A stretch of DNA of 64,000 bases from Octopus sinensis. Taxonomy: Eukaryota. Below the pieces are notes generated by a model. The model was not told the origin of the DNA. It worked only from the letters and a program-made list of their open reading frames with translations, and did no database searches. The stretch spans positions 28,024,001 through 28,088,000 of the forward strand of contig NC_042998.1 in the NCBI RefSeq assembly GCF_006345805.1. Direction: 5' to 3'. Shown in pieces: positions 1 to 12,690 of the stretch. The position numbers and the translations under genes were made by a program. How positions within the stretch are numbered: the first letter of the stretch is position 1; every line of letters starts with the position of its first letter.

Positions 1-127
1 AGTATTATCATCATCATCATTATTATTATTATTATTATTATTTATTATTATTATTATTCAGATCACTGCTTGGAATCGAACCCCAGAATCTTGGGGTTAG
101 TAGCCCGCGCTCTTAACCACTACGCTA
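1..127 (-). mobile_element. tRNA-derived SINE head plus (AAT)n spacer; same family as the HHR-tailed element at 63722-64000; body runs off the window edge
   Basis: Minus strand TAGCGTAGTGGTTAAG (A box) ... GGGTTCGATTCC (B box), then (AAT)n; closely matches 63933-64000. Confidence 0.8.
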
Positions 128-691
128 TGTGAAAACCTGACACCAACATTCTGTGGTTTACAAAATGGGCTTATAGATATTAAATAATGTACTGCTTTAT
201 CACTTTTCTTGTTGGGTATATTCACAAGCTGACGTTGCATTTTTAAAGGCAAGATTCAGTGTGACATTGACAGGTTAAATGAACCTGCTACTCACTGCAG
301 TTTTGACCTTAACGAACACTATATACCAACGGAATCCCAACTTTGCAAATTGCAATCGAACTGCATCGACCATAATGTGCCCATCCTTTCTTATATGTTA
401 TTTTGGCTTCCCATTGCTGCAGTGATTCAATTTAATTCGTTCCTCGGAATCCACTTCTATCAAACACAATAATGATGTATAGCTGAAGTGATTTTCAAGA
501 TCCGTATTCATTTGCATTTATGATTCGGCTTGTCCTTGATGCAACGAAAGAACTCCCTGCCTGTCAAGCGAAGTTTATCCGATTTACATGTTGAATACAT
601 TCACATACATATGTATGTATACACACACACATTCATATATATATATATGTGTGTGTGTTTGTGTTTATGTATATATGTGTGTATGCGTGTC

Positions 692-732
<41 letters not shown>

Positions 733-826
733 CGTGTGTCTGATAATGATGGAACATATATAAAAATACAAAATGTTACTTACCATTAAATAGTGCATTC
801 GTCCCCCCCTTTACGAATATATATAT

Positions 827-886
<60 letters not shown>

Positions 887-1260
887 AACCATGGCTTTGC
901 GTAAACCATGGTCCGTTTTGTTCTCTTACTTTATTATCATCTTATAATCATCTCATAATAATGATTTTTATGACTCATATTACTACCTCAGTTAATCTAA
1001 GTGTATATATTTGTCTTTACCTGTCATAAATAGCCTTTTTTTTATTGGCAATGTGCATTTTCGTTGATTTTTCATATATTACCCTTATATTTCCACGTGT
1101 ATTTTAGATTTTCTTTTTATAACATATTCCTACTATATACTTATATATAGATTATATATATATTGGTTAAATAAAATGAGACAACATAGCCAAGGCAGAG
1201 TGAAATTTCTTAGGCATTTTATAATGAGAAGGTTAAACTTCATAGACGATATTATTATTA

Positions 1261-1644
1261 TGGAAGCACTCCGCCGGTTACGACGACGAGGGTTCCGGTT
1301 AATCCGATCAACGGAACAGCCTGCTTGTGAAATTAACGTGTAAGTGGCTTAGCACTCCACAGACACGTGTACCCTTAACGTAGTTCTCGGGGATTTTCAG
1401 CGTGACACAGAGAGTGACAAGGCCGGCCCTTTGAAATACAGGTACAACAGAAACAGGAAGTAAGAGTGAGAGAAAGTTGTGGTGAAAGAGTACAGCAGGG
1501 ATCACCACCATCCCCTGCCGGAGCCTCGTGGAGCTTTTAGGTGTTTTCACTCAATAAACACTCACAACACCCGGTCTGGGAATCGAAACCGCGATCCTGC
1601 GACCGCGAGTCCACTGCCCTAACCACTAGGCCATTGCGCCTCCA
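1261..1644 (-). mobile_element. tRNA-derived SINE, family A (full length)
   Basis: A/B boxes (GGCGCAATGGCCTAGTGG, GGTTTCGATTCC); near-identical copy at 34222-34608. Confidence 0.9.
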
Positions 1645-1653
1645 CAATAGACG

Positions 1654-1723
<70 letters not shown>

Positions 1724-1853
1724 ATATAACACCTAAATGTCCGGATGTTTTGCGTTCTTGTCCCATTTTCTATCTATCTATCTATCTATCTATTTATTTA
1801 TCTATCCATCTATCTATCTATCTATCTAGCCCTGTGTGGCTAATAAAGAAACA

Positions 1854-1890
<37 letters not shown>

Positions 1891-3223
1891 GTGAACACCC
1901 GTTAAAAGGAGGGCTGGGCATGCCGTGGTTGATGATGCGCAGACACGCGCTGAGACTGCGACATCTCTGGCTCTATGTAGACGACGGTGAGCAGGTGTGG
2001 TCGCCGTTTGTGAGGCACGCTTTCCCGCAGCTCGTCTCCATGACCGAACTGCAGTCGTGGATCAAAAAGAGGCCGAGGAAGGGCGATTGGCACCGCGAGT
2101 GTCGCGTTGCTCTCAAGCAACTCTGCCGTCCCGGGTCGACCTTGAGTGACTTCAACATTCTATAGGGAATTAGTGGAGGGGAGGTACGACGACGAGCTCG
2201 GGGCGAACCTGGACGTCGACGAGGAGTACCTGACCCGCCTCTTCAGGACGACTTTCGGGCCAGGGCCCATGGACAACTTCCAGAGATCCCTGGTCTGGCA
2301 GTGCTACCGAGAAGCGCTACCCGTTCGGGATAAGCTCTACAGACACGGCTCGAGAAACACGGGGCCGACCTGCCCGAGGTGCGGTCAGAGCGACGAAACC
2401 GTTCTGCACTCACTCGTGCAGTGTCCAACAATTTCCGACCTGTGGGCTTATGTCGAACAACTGTTTATCAGCTGAGTCTATCGTCAATATTGTCACGCCT
2501 CCTTCCTTCAAACGGGAAGGAAGAGCTATTTTCATCATCCTTGTGGCTATGGCGAAAGAATGTATCTGGTGGACGCGTCTGAAAGGATTGGAGACAAACA
2601 CTTTCCTCTCTGGTCAATCTCTCATCAACTTCTTCAAGTACCACTTGAAAAGGAAAGTGAGAATAGAGAGGCAAGTTTTGTCTAGCGAATGTTTTAAAAA
2701 AAGATGGGTGAATATAGCAAGGATGGCACGTATGAATGACGAAGCCACCTTGAGCATAGTCCTATGAACCCAGAAATTGAAAACAGAGGGTTACCCACTT
2801 GCAAACAAATGTGGTAACATATAACAATATTGACCAAGGTTACCGTGGTCTTTTTCGTAGGTTTTTCTTCCCACGGATAAACCTTACTTGCTTTCCCCTT
2901 TACACCATATATCATAACACTGTGATACACGATCCCTATTGATCGTTCTTTTTTTCCTCTTCCCCTTTTTTCCCCTTTTTTCTTCCTTTTTCATTTCTCT
3001 TTCCTTTTGTTCCTTTTCCTTTTCCTTTTTTTATTCTTTTTATTCTTTCTATTTTATTCAATTTTTTTTGTTCTTTTCTTCCCTTTTACGATCCCTCTTG
3101 ATCGAAAACCTACGCCACCCCTTTTTTTTCTTTTGTTTTTTGTTCTCTTCATCCCCCCAAAGAAAAGCTCTACCTTGTAACTTGTCCCATCCGTGTGCAG
3201 CCCTGTGTGGCCAATAAAGAAAC
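1891..3223 (+). mobile_element. 5'-truncated L1/Tx1-clade LINE (ORF2 C-terminus, pyrimidine-rich 3' UTR, AATAAA) in (TATC)n
   Basis: Frameshifted ORFs with GGLG.P.L motif and zinc knuckle CPRCGQSDETVLHSLVQC preceded by W...R.ALP; stop at 2767; AATAAA at 3213-3218; (TATC)n on both sides. Confidence 0.85.
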
Positions 3224-3255
3224 TTATCTATCTATCTATCTATCTACCTACCTAC

Positions 3256-3303
<48 letters not shown>

Positions 3304-3825
3304 ATATATATTGTTGGTTACATGAAAAACCACAGGAAAATTATCTATCTATATATATATATCTATCTATCTATATATATATATATATATATAAATAATA
3401 TACATATACTATAAAGACAAATACTACGCACATATACATCCTTACAGTATAATCATCCTTTCAATTCATTGCCTCATCAATATGCAAGTATTGATTGCCT
3501 CATCAATATGCAAGTATTGTGCTTAGGAATAACACGATTAAACAGAATATGCTGCATAGGAAATAGAATACATGATCTCAATATAATTAAACGCAGATTA
3601 TTCATAGTTGAAGAATATAGTGATCCAAAAGCAAAACAAGGAATTACATACCGTAATAATTATTTATACCTTGATAGTTTAACTTCACCAGGGATGTTGT
3701 AGAATCGTTAGCTTGCCGGACAAAAGCAAACATTTCGCTCGTCTTACTCCAAGGTACACTTTCATCCGCTGGGGTCGATGTAATCATCTTCCCCCCACCC
3801 CCTAAATTTCTGGCTTTGTCTCTAT

Positions 3826-4370
3826 AGCAGACCATCCATCAAAGTGACATTGTGGTAAAATATACGAAGCCCAGTATACCCATGATGACTACCCGTCTGA
3901 TTAGGGTACACTAGGCACATGCATCACAACCATATGTGTGCAACATGGTGATCTCATATCAAGATAAACAGCACATGACCTTGCAGGTGGGGCCCAGTTA
4001 GAATTTTGCTCTGGTTGAGTAACCCATCCTACTCAAAAGGTCCATGAATAAAGGTTGTTTAAGGGTGTTGAACGAAACACCCATGTTTCCAAAGGTGAAT
4101 TATCCAAACCTCTAAGAATTCCCTTCAACATACGGCTATGATGCTCCCCCACTACTTCTGCTCCTGATCAGAGATGCACATATCATCAGCCACTAAGGGA
4201 CATGCTCAACTAGTTAAGGTCAAACAACTGACAAGCAAATCTGTGGTATTGAGCAGAATATTTGCTGTAGCCCATCTTTTATACCAAGACAAAACAATGT
4301 ACATAACACTTCCAGTCAGTTAAGATGAGAAGCCACGAGGGCCACTGCCTGGTTCTGCATCAGGGCATTT
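3826..4370 (-). mobile_element. ~540-bp non-coding interspersed element associated with (TAA)n, copy 1
   Basis: Reverse complement of 6246-6800; same orientation as 11222-11726. Confidence 0.85.
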
Positions 4371-4386
4371 ATTATTACTACTATTT

Positions 4387-4452
<66 letters not shown>

Positions 4453-4454
4453 AT

Positions 4455-6192
4455 AGCTCTGACACCTTTATTTGACATGCTAAACAGAACTGGATGGAGA
4501 TACAACTGTTACGGCGAAACAATCAGCCACGTCTTAGGTATGGATGACCTAAAACCGAATGCTACAAATGATAAACGGCTGGAAATATTACTACAGACAG
4601 TACATGTATTTGTCAAAGAAATAAATATGAAATTTGGCTTAGAAAAATGTGCCAAAGCAACCTTGAAAAGAGAAAAAACTTGTTAAGAGTATCAAAATCA
4701 CGCTAGATAAAGCAAATGAATTATGAGAATTAGACCAAAACCAGACATACAAATATTTAGGAATCAATGAACAGGATACGATACAACACACACATATGAA
4801 AGAGAAGATGAAAAAGAATACTATAGACGAGTTAGATTAATACTGAAAGCAGAGCTCAATGCAAAAAACCCACAAAAAGCAAGATATTATGTATTAACAC
4901 TTTAGCCGTCCCAGTTATGAGTTACAGATACATTATCCTTAACTGGACACTAAATGAACTAATCAAAATAGACAGGAAAACAGGAAAAATAATGACAGGA
5001 TTTAGGATTTGCCACCAAAAATCTGACATAGAAAAGTTATATATATACAACGTCTAGAAGATGATAGAAGTCTTATACAGCTAGAAAACTATTAAAAATT
5101 AACCACCATAAGGCTGTAAAAACACCTACTTCAGAAGCAAAGAAAACTAATACAAATAGCCACAAAACACGAGCAAAACAAAAAACTGTTTTCAGTCTAT
5201 AAGAAAGCTGATAAATACCAACAAGAAGTCATAGTATCTAACAGCTATGAAGAAAAAGAAGAAACAAAAAAATCTGTAAACAAATGAAATCCAAACTAAA
5301 ACTAGAACAGTAATGGACCGTGACGAAACGATGGCAAGAAAAGCCTCTTCCTGGCAAATACTGGGCTAAACTAAATGCAAAAGAAATAGACAGAGAAAAA
5401 TCCCAGCAATGGCCGAGAAGCTCAGGAGTCAAAGCAGCGACTGAAGGATTTTTAATTGCAGCACAAGACCAAAGCCTCCCGGAAATGACCAAAAACATAT
5501 AATGAAAAGAAACATAACAAGTAACTGCAAAATATGTGGAGATGGACAAGAAACAATAAATCATATTATCTCTGGCTGCCCTGTCCTGGTTAACAAGGAA
5601 TATATTCACAGACACGACAGAGTTGGGACCTACATACACTGGAAGCTATGCCAACATTATAGAATAACAACAGAAAAAAGATGGTGTAGGCTCACACCAG
5701 AAAAGGTCACAGAAAACGAGAAAGCAACCATACTCTGGGATATGCCAATACACACAGATAGAGAAATTAAGGCCAATAAGCCAGATATAGTTGTCAGAGA
5801 TCATGAAGAAAAAAATGCTTTCTAATTGATGTATCAATACCAGCAGATGACAACGTTTCTCTCAAAGAAATTAAGAAACTTTCAAGATACAAAGACCTGG
5901 AAATAGAGGTAACTCGAATGTGGAATCTAAAAACAGAAACATTTCCTATCATAGTGATGCATTAGGTATGATAAAAAAATATTCAAACAAATGCATGACA
6001 AAAACACCAGGACTCACAAATATATATAACATACACAAAATAGCACTACTCGCCGGCGCACACTGCCTTTGTTAAACGCTTTCAATACAGTAACCGTAAG
6101 AGCATCACATCAAACCACATTACATACCCAAGGCACACAGAGCTGCGCTCGGTAGTGAAGTGAAAGTACGTGATAAAAGTAAGACTACCGGA
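4455..6192 (+). mobile_element. 5'-truncated, degenerate R4/Dong-clade LINE (same family as 12961-16976)
   Basis: RT remnant HVLGMDDLK, CKICGDGQETINHIISGC knuckle, NKPDIVV restriction-like endonuclease motif; 3' UTR matches the full-length copy; followed by (TAA)n. Confidence 0.93.
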
Positions 6193-6245
6193 TAATAATA
6201 ATAATATAATAATAATAATATAATAATAATAATAATAATAATAAT

Positions 6246-6800
6246 AAATGCCCTGATGCATACCAGGCAATGGCTCTCATGGCTTCTGATCTTAACTGAT
6301 TGGAAGTGTTATCATGTACATTGTTTTGTCTTGGTGTAAAAGATGGGCTACAGCAAATATTCTGCTCAATACCACAGATTTGCTTGTCAGTTGTTTGACC
6401 TTAACCAGTTGACCATGTCCCTTAGTGGCTGATGATATGTGCATCTCTGATCACGAGCAGAAGTAGTGGGGGAGCATCATAGCCATGTGTTGAGAGGGAT
6501 TCTTTGGGGTTTGAATAATTCACCTCTGGAAACATTGGTGTTTCATTCAACATTCTTAACAACCCTTATTCAGGGACCTTTTGAGCAGCATGGGCTACTC
6601 GACCAGAAGAAAATTCTAACTGGGTCCCACCTGCAAGGTCATGTGCTGTTTATCTGATATGAGATCACCATGTCGCGCACATATGGTTGTGATGCATGTG
6701 CCTGGTATACCCTTATCAGACAGGTAGTCATGATGGGTATACTGGGCTTCGTATATTTTACCCCAGTGTCACTTTGATGACATGTACTGCTCTCTCACTC
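6246..6800 (+). mobile_element. ~540-bp non-coding (TAA)n-embedded element, copy 2 (complete)
   Basis: AAATGCCCTGATG ... CTGCTCTCTCACTC with (TAA)n directly on both sides. Confidence 0.88.
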
Positions 6801-6844
<44 letters not shown>

Positions 6845-7322
6845 TGATGATAGCAGCAGCCAAAGCAACAACATGAACAACAACATAAACAAGAATAGCA
6901 ATATTTTTAGATTTTGTAAAAATGTTTTTTCTGATGAATTTCTTTCTGAATTATTTTGGGGGATTCATTCATCTTGAAATCCTCTAAAAGTACGACGTTT
7001 TCTGTGTCAATTTGTTGAAATTACGTTAAAGAGCGGTTGGTGTCCATATTTTCTTTGCCGCCATATTTGGGGGAAATAAGTCAAGTTTTCCTAGTTAGCA
7101 GAGATTCTCTAGAAAATTGATTTTATCCCTTGTCTTGTTTGATACCTCTTCTTGGCTCTCAGATGTCTTTAAATGGATCTATTCTATCGTAAATATTCGA
7201 GCCGGTCTCCGGTCGGAGGATAACTTCATCCATCTCTCGTAGCAGATTATTGTGTTCCACTCTTTGTCATGCACCGTGATTAGTACACGTTAATATTATT
7301 TCTTCCTTTTATTATTATCATT

Positions 7323-7543
7323 AAGGTAGCGAGCTGACAGAGTCGTTAACACGCTGGACGAAATGCATAGCGGTATTTCGCTCGTCGCTACGTTCTGAGT
7401 TCAAATTCCGACGACGTCGATTTTGCCTTTGATCATTTCGGGGTCGATAAATTAAGTAGCAGTTAAGTACTGGGCTCGATGTAATCGACCTACACTCTCC
7501 CCCAGAACTTTATCCCTTGTGCCTTTGGTAGAGAAGATTACTA
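7323..7543 (+). mobile_element. tRNA-derived SINE, family C (Deu/Nin-like central domain)
   Basis: GAGTTCAAATTCC B box, then a GTCGACTTTGCCTTTCATCCTTTCGGGGTCGATAAA-like domain resembling the DeuSINE/Nin domain; many copies in the window. Confidence 0.8.
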
Positions 7544-8199
7544 TCATTATTCAGGCGGCGAGCTGGCAGAATCGTTAGTCGTCTTCCCCCAAATTTCAGG
7601 TTTTGTACCTTGATTAGAAAGACACTTTCTTTTATTACATTGAGTGGTTTAAGTCGTAAATATTAATCCGATTCATACTTCTCTCTAAATTCCCCCTCCT
7701 TTCAATGTGTTGTATCTTATCGCTTAATCTACTTCTATATATTTTAGATTCCAGGTTCCAGACTATTTCTCTGACTTCTGTCTGTGCATCTAATTTAACG
7801 GTCTCGGTTTTGGTTAATTTGTCCCTTTTTATAGCAGCTTTGGCACAGTTGTCTCAGCCAATATTTTCTTTTAATATTTTGGAACAATGTTTATCAGGTT
7901 TTAGGAAAAGGTTTTAGTTTGATAACCCAATTGGGAACCACATCCTGCGAATATATTTTGCCGTCAATATAATAAAGATGATTTATAGTTTCATAATGTG
8001 TCCGTAGCAACTACCATCAGCAGCGACTTCATTCAGTCGGATTTTAATGGAATGAAAGTGACGTAAAAGAGTCGCTGGAATATTGAGACTTGGAAGATTA
8101 TGTTTTTTTTATGAGTACAGAATTCGTTTTAATTGTTTTGTTTGCCTTGTCGTGTTAAAGTTATTTTCGTTTTGACATAGCATAACTGATACAATAATT

Positions 8200-8365
8200 T
8201 TGGAGAAGCTTGTTTCCCGACCACATGGTTCCGAGTTCAGTCTCACAGTGTGGAATCTTGGACAAGTGTTTTCTACTATAAATTCGGGATGAAGAAAGCC
8301 TTGTGAGGGAATTTGGTAGACGGAAACTGTAAGAAGCTAGTCGTACACATACACACACACATACA
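8200..8365 (+). mobile_element. SINE family B, head and CORE-like part (degenerate)
   Basis: Matches the 5' half of full copies (37155-37712). Confidence 0.75.
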
Positions 8366-8380
8366 TACACACATATATAT

Positions 8381-8794
8381 ATTTCTTTACTACCAACGGG
8401 GGCTACACACAGACAGTACAAACAAGGACAGACAAACGGATTAAGTCGATTACATCGACCCCAGTGCATAACTGGTACTTAATTTATCGACCCCGAAAGG
8501 ATGAAAAGCAAAGTTTACCTCGGCGGAATTTGAACTCAGAAGGTAACGACAGACGAAATACCTATCTCTTAACTACACACAAGGGGCTAAACACAGAGGG
8601 GACAAACAAAGACAGACACACGGATTAAGTCGATTATATCGACCCCAGTGCGTAACTGGTACTTAATTTATCGATCCCGAAAGGATGAAAGGCAAAGTCG
8701 ACCTCGGCGGAATTTGAACTCAGAACGTAGCGGCAGACGAAATACGGCTAGGTATTTCGACTGGTGTGCTTACGTTTCTGCCAGCTCGCCGCCT
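8381..8794 (-). mobile_element. SINE family C tandem dimer
   Basis: One headed unit followed by one unit starting at GGTATTTCGTC. Confidence 0.88.
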
Positions 8795-9081
8795 TCATAC
8801 ACGCATATATACTCTATTATTATTTTGTCCTTTTAAGTTTAGGTGTTTTGTTGTTTCCAATGTATGTAGTAGTTTCAGTTCATCTTTTTTAGGGTGACAG
8901 TGGCTGGTTGAAAAAAAATCTAACGTTATCAGGATCATATCCGTTTACCACTATACTACAACTAAATAGATTAGATCCTGCAGTCAGCTAACATCTGAGG
9001 TATTTGTTTCTGTAGAGTGAATTTCATGCAAAGCTTTGTGATATTTGTAGTTATTCCTTCGTGGAGCGAGCCACTTGTGGT

Positions 9082-9253
9082 CGCCGAAGAAATTACATTC
9101 TTACGACCAGTCCGGCTCTGAGTTTAATTTATGCTTAAGCTGATACTCATTTCTCAGCTATCTTGTATCTACTTAAGAGGTGGAGGATACTCTCTCGTCT
9201 TTCTCATTCACAGATCCTGTGTTTGCTCTCTGACTGAGTCTTATCTATCTTTG
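9082..9253. repeat. ~170-bp dispersed repeat (family D), copy 1
   Basis: Aligns with 10996-11169, including the identical block CTCATTCACAGATCCTGTGTTTGCTCTCTGACTGAGT. Confidence 0.8.
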
Positions 9254-9523
9254 TGAAATTCATATAAACCTTTCTATTGATTTATGCTCATCAACTTAGT
9301 TAGGGTTTCTGGTATTTTTAAATTTCTTCTGTCAAGTTGTCCTCTAGTTTAGTGATTCTCAAACTATCTGATGTGGCGTACCTGCAGTTTTATTTTCCAA
9401 TGTGCCAGGGACCGGTAATAGTTCTTAGTATATTAATTTATACCGGAAACAAAATATATAATTACGGAGATGTACTTGCATAGCAAGTGGCCTGATCTGA
9501 GATCGTGTTCTGGAATGAAAACA

Positions 9524-9734
9524 ATTGCAGCGTGGAAGGTGTTTATGAGCCATTTAAGAAAAACGCAAAAACCGTTAGATTCACTTCAACATGCAGCACG
9601 GAATTTTGTCAGTGAACAGGTCGCGGTCTCAAAGCTATGAAAATATTTTGGCTAATTTAATTTAAATGTTGAAGTGAATCTAACGGTTTTTGTGTGTTTC
9701 TTAAATGGCTTATAAACACCTTCCACGCTGCAAT
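9524..9734. repeat. Inverted repeat with 69-bp arms and a 73-bp spacer
   Basis: 9524-9592 is the reverse complement of 9666-9734 with 3 differences. Confidence 0.9.
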
Positions 9735-9750
9735 ATATATAATGAATATA

Positions 9751-9973
9751 CTCTTTTACTCTTTTACTCTTTCACTTGTTTCAGTCATTTGACTGCGGCC
9801 ATGCTGGAGCATCGCCTTTAGTCGAGCAAATCGACCCTGGGACTTATTCTTTGTAAGCCCAGTACGTATTCTATCGGTCTCTTTTGCCGAGCCGCTAAGT
9901 GACGGGGACGTAAACACACCAGCATCAGTTGTCAAGCAATGCTAGGGGGCCAAAAAAACCCAAACACAAACAT

Positions 9974-10032
<59 letters not shown>

Positions 10033-10186
10033 TACATATATACGACAGGCTTCTTTCAGTTTCCGTCTACCAAATCCACTCACAAGGCATTGGTCGGCCC
10101 GGGGCTATAGCAGAAGACACTTGCCCAAGATGCCACGCAGTGGGACTGAACCCGGAACAATATGGTTGGTTAGCAAGTTACTTACG
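9751..10186 (-). mobile_element. SINE family B (tRNA head, CORE-like domain, internal TA/CA microsatellite, tail ending in (AAGAGTA)n)
   Basis: GGGTTCAGTCCC B box; CATCTTGGGCAAGTGTCTT CORE-like motif; homologous to 33064, 37155, 38119 and 43884 copies. Confidence 0.9.
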
Positions 10187-10995
10187 AAACAATAATAAAA
10201 GTTGACAATTTTTTTTATCGTATATTTATTTTGTAAACAACTAATACAATATTACATAAGCATTTTATAATGTTTCATTCTTTTCTCGAAACTGGCCGCG
10301 TACCGGCAGCTGATGCCACGCGGACCGGCACCTATTCGAGTTGATCCTTTGCGGCTTCTGTTCTGTATCTTGCGTATAGTTATGTGTGAAGTTCATAATA
10401 ATATTTTGTCGTGGCACCGTATTTATTTATTTTCGATAAACTGAAATGCATTGTTTTTATCTTATATGGTTGATTCTGCAGCATTTTGTCTGGTTGTAGG
10501 ACTCATTTAGTTTATGCTTTGACGTGTCTAGTATCTGGCTTTGTATTCGAAGTCTTCTGTTATTAAATTTTCATTGAATTTTCGTTTGTAGTCATTTTTA
10601 TGTGCAGACAGTTGTTTTTATTAGAGTTCCAGTTTGCATTTACTGTAGGATTCGTTGTTTCAGTACTTGCCTTCTTGTTATTGTTTATCATAAATCTCTG
10701 TGCATTCAGAAGTGCGTGTGCATTAACATTTATTTTCACATGTTTTTCTTCTCTATTACACGACAATCTCGTTTATAGTGCTCGTATATTCTGGATAATG
10801 CATTGACGTGTACCATTTTAATGCAGTTCTAAAAATCCACCATTCTCTTTTAATTTTATTTCGATTTTGGATGCTATGCTTGATAAAATAGAAAATCGGT
10901 CATGTACTGGAATCAAAGGTATCGCCTAACACAGCTCTCAAAATTGCTACTCACGTGCCTAAATTAGAAAACATTTTCTGGCAGAAACGTTCGGC

Positions 10996-11169
10996 TGCCG
11001 AAAAAATTACATTCTGACGATCATTCCGGCTCTGATTTTAAATCATCCTTACGCTGATACTCATTTCTCAGCTATCTTACTGCATCCACTTAAGAGGTGG
11101 ATGATACTCTCGTCTTCCTCATTCACAGATCCTGTGTTTGCTCTCTGACTGAGTTTTATCTATCTTTGT
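10996..11169. repeat. ~170-bp dispersed repeat (family D), copy 2
   Basis: Aligns with 9082-9253. Confidence 0.8.
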
Positions 11170-11221
11170 CTTTACAAAGTTTTATTATCATCATCATCAT
11201 CATCATTATTAATATTGTCAT

Positions 11222-11726
11222 TGAGTGAGAGAGCAGCGCATGCCATCAAAGTGACACATGGGTAAAGTATACGAAGCCCAATATACCAAAATGTGCGCGA
11301 CATAATGATCGCAAATCAAGATAAACAGCGCATGACCTTGTTGGTTGGAACCGGTTAGAATTTTCTTTAGGTTTAATATCCCATCCTGCTCAAATGGTCC
11401 CTGAATAAGGTTTGTTTTAATGATGAAGAACAAAACACACACGACTCCAGAGGTGAATTCTTCAAACCCCAAAACACTCCTCTCAACACATGACTATGAT
11501 GCTCCTCCACTGATTCTGCTCGTGATGAGAGACGCACATATTGTCAGCAATAAGCGACTTGCTCAACTGGTTAAGATCAAGCAACTGACAAGTCAATGTG
11601 TGGTATTGAGCAGAATATTTTCTGTAGCCTATCTTTTATTCAAAGACAAACAATTTACATAACACTTCCAATCACTTAAGAACAAAAGGCGTAAGAGCCA
11701 CTGCCTGGTTCAGCATCAGGGCATTT
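11222..11726 (-). mobile_element. ~540-bp non-coding (TAA)n-embedded element, copy 3 (internal deletion)
   Basis: Homologous to 6246-6800; ATC/ATT repeats on both sides. Confidence 0.85.
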
Positions 11727-11751
11727 ATTATCATTATTATTATTATTATTT

Positions 11752-12690
11752 TATTGTCTTTGCACATCTTCTAACGCTTGAGATGTACTACGGTATCAGT
11801 TGTTCACTACCTGTGAACTCAGGAACACCCGCTATATTTCAAGTACCATCCAGAGTATTCGAGCAGTACCAAGTAGTGCGGTTTTCTGAAAGTAATCCAC
11901 CCTTATTTGTCCATGTACTTCACAGTCCCTATTTGTTCCATGTACTTTACAAGATGTTTACTCACTGTTACTAGGACTCCGACAATTATTGGTACTACTA
12001 CCACCTTTTCTCAGCGACCACAACTGCATAACCTCCCAAGCTAACCTGTCGTATCTATCGACTTTTCTTTCTTCCTTATCGCATACCTTGTTGTCAGCTG
12101 TGCATGCTATATCTATAATCCAGCATTGTTTGCTTTCTTTCTCAATTAACAATGTGTCTGGTTTCGTGTTCTCTATCTCATGGTCGCACTGAATCATAAA
12201 ATCCCATAGGATCTCTGCGTTATCATTTTCGATGATGACTTCGGGTTTATGTTTGTACCCTTCTTTGTAATATCAAGTCCATACTTCTTGCAAAGTGTCC
12301 AAAAGACAATCCTTACTATATTGTCATGACGTCTGTTATATTCTTTGTGAGCCAGTAGCGTACATTGACTGGTCATATGCCATACGTTTTCACCATTTTG
12401 CCCTCAAATTCTGCACTTAACACTTTCTGATGTGTTGTCTATTCTGTATTTGATGTAATTCGTTCTTAATGCTTGCTCTTGGGCAGAACGGATTAGAGCC
12501 TCCGTTTCCGGTTTTAAATCACTTCTAATTGTCCATAGCTATCTTTTGTTCTCTCTCTGAAATTGTCCATACATTCTTTACTTTATCCACCTATTTTCAG
12601 TTTCATTCATTCTCAAGTACGAGTACAGTGCTTTATCTTTGAAATCTCCCCATCGTACACAAGCTTGACCTGCTTACTCTCAATAATAGC
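11752..12690 (-). mobile_element. 5'-truncated R4/Dong-clade LINE, second subfamily
   Basis: Broken frames give RSDLKPETEALIRSAQEQALRTNY, CRI.GQNGENVWHMTSQC, RRHD, KPD...IIDIAC and C-terminal QKTALLGTARIL; 3' end abuts (TAA)n. Confidence 0.9.

Noticed and set aside
6460-6480. GTAGTGGGGGA similarity to the U1 snRNA 3' end
   Set aside because: Short match only; the rest of U1 is absent
10995-11035. GCCGAAA...CTGACGA as a type II hammerhead
   Set aside because: Only 10 nt separate the core segments, too few for stems III and I; not conserved in the other copy
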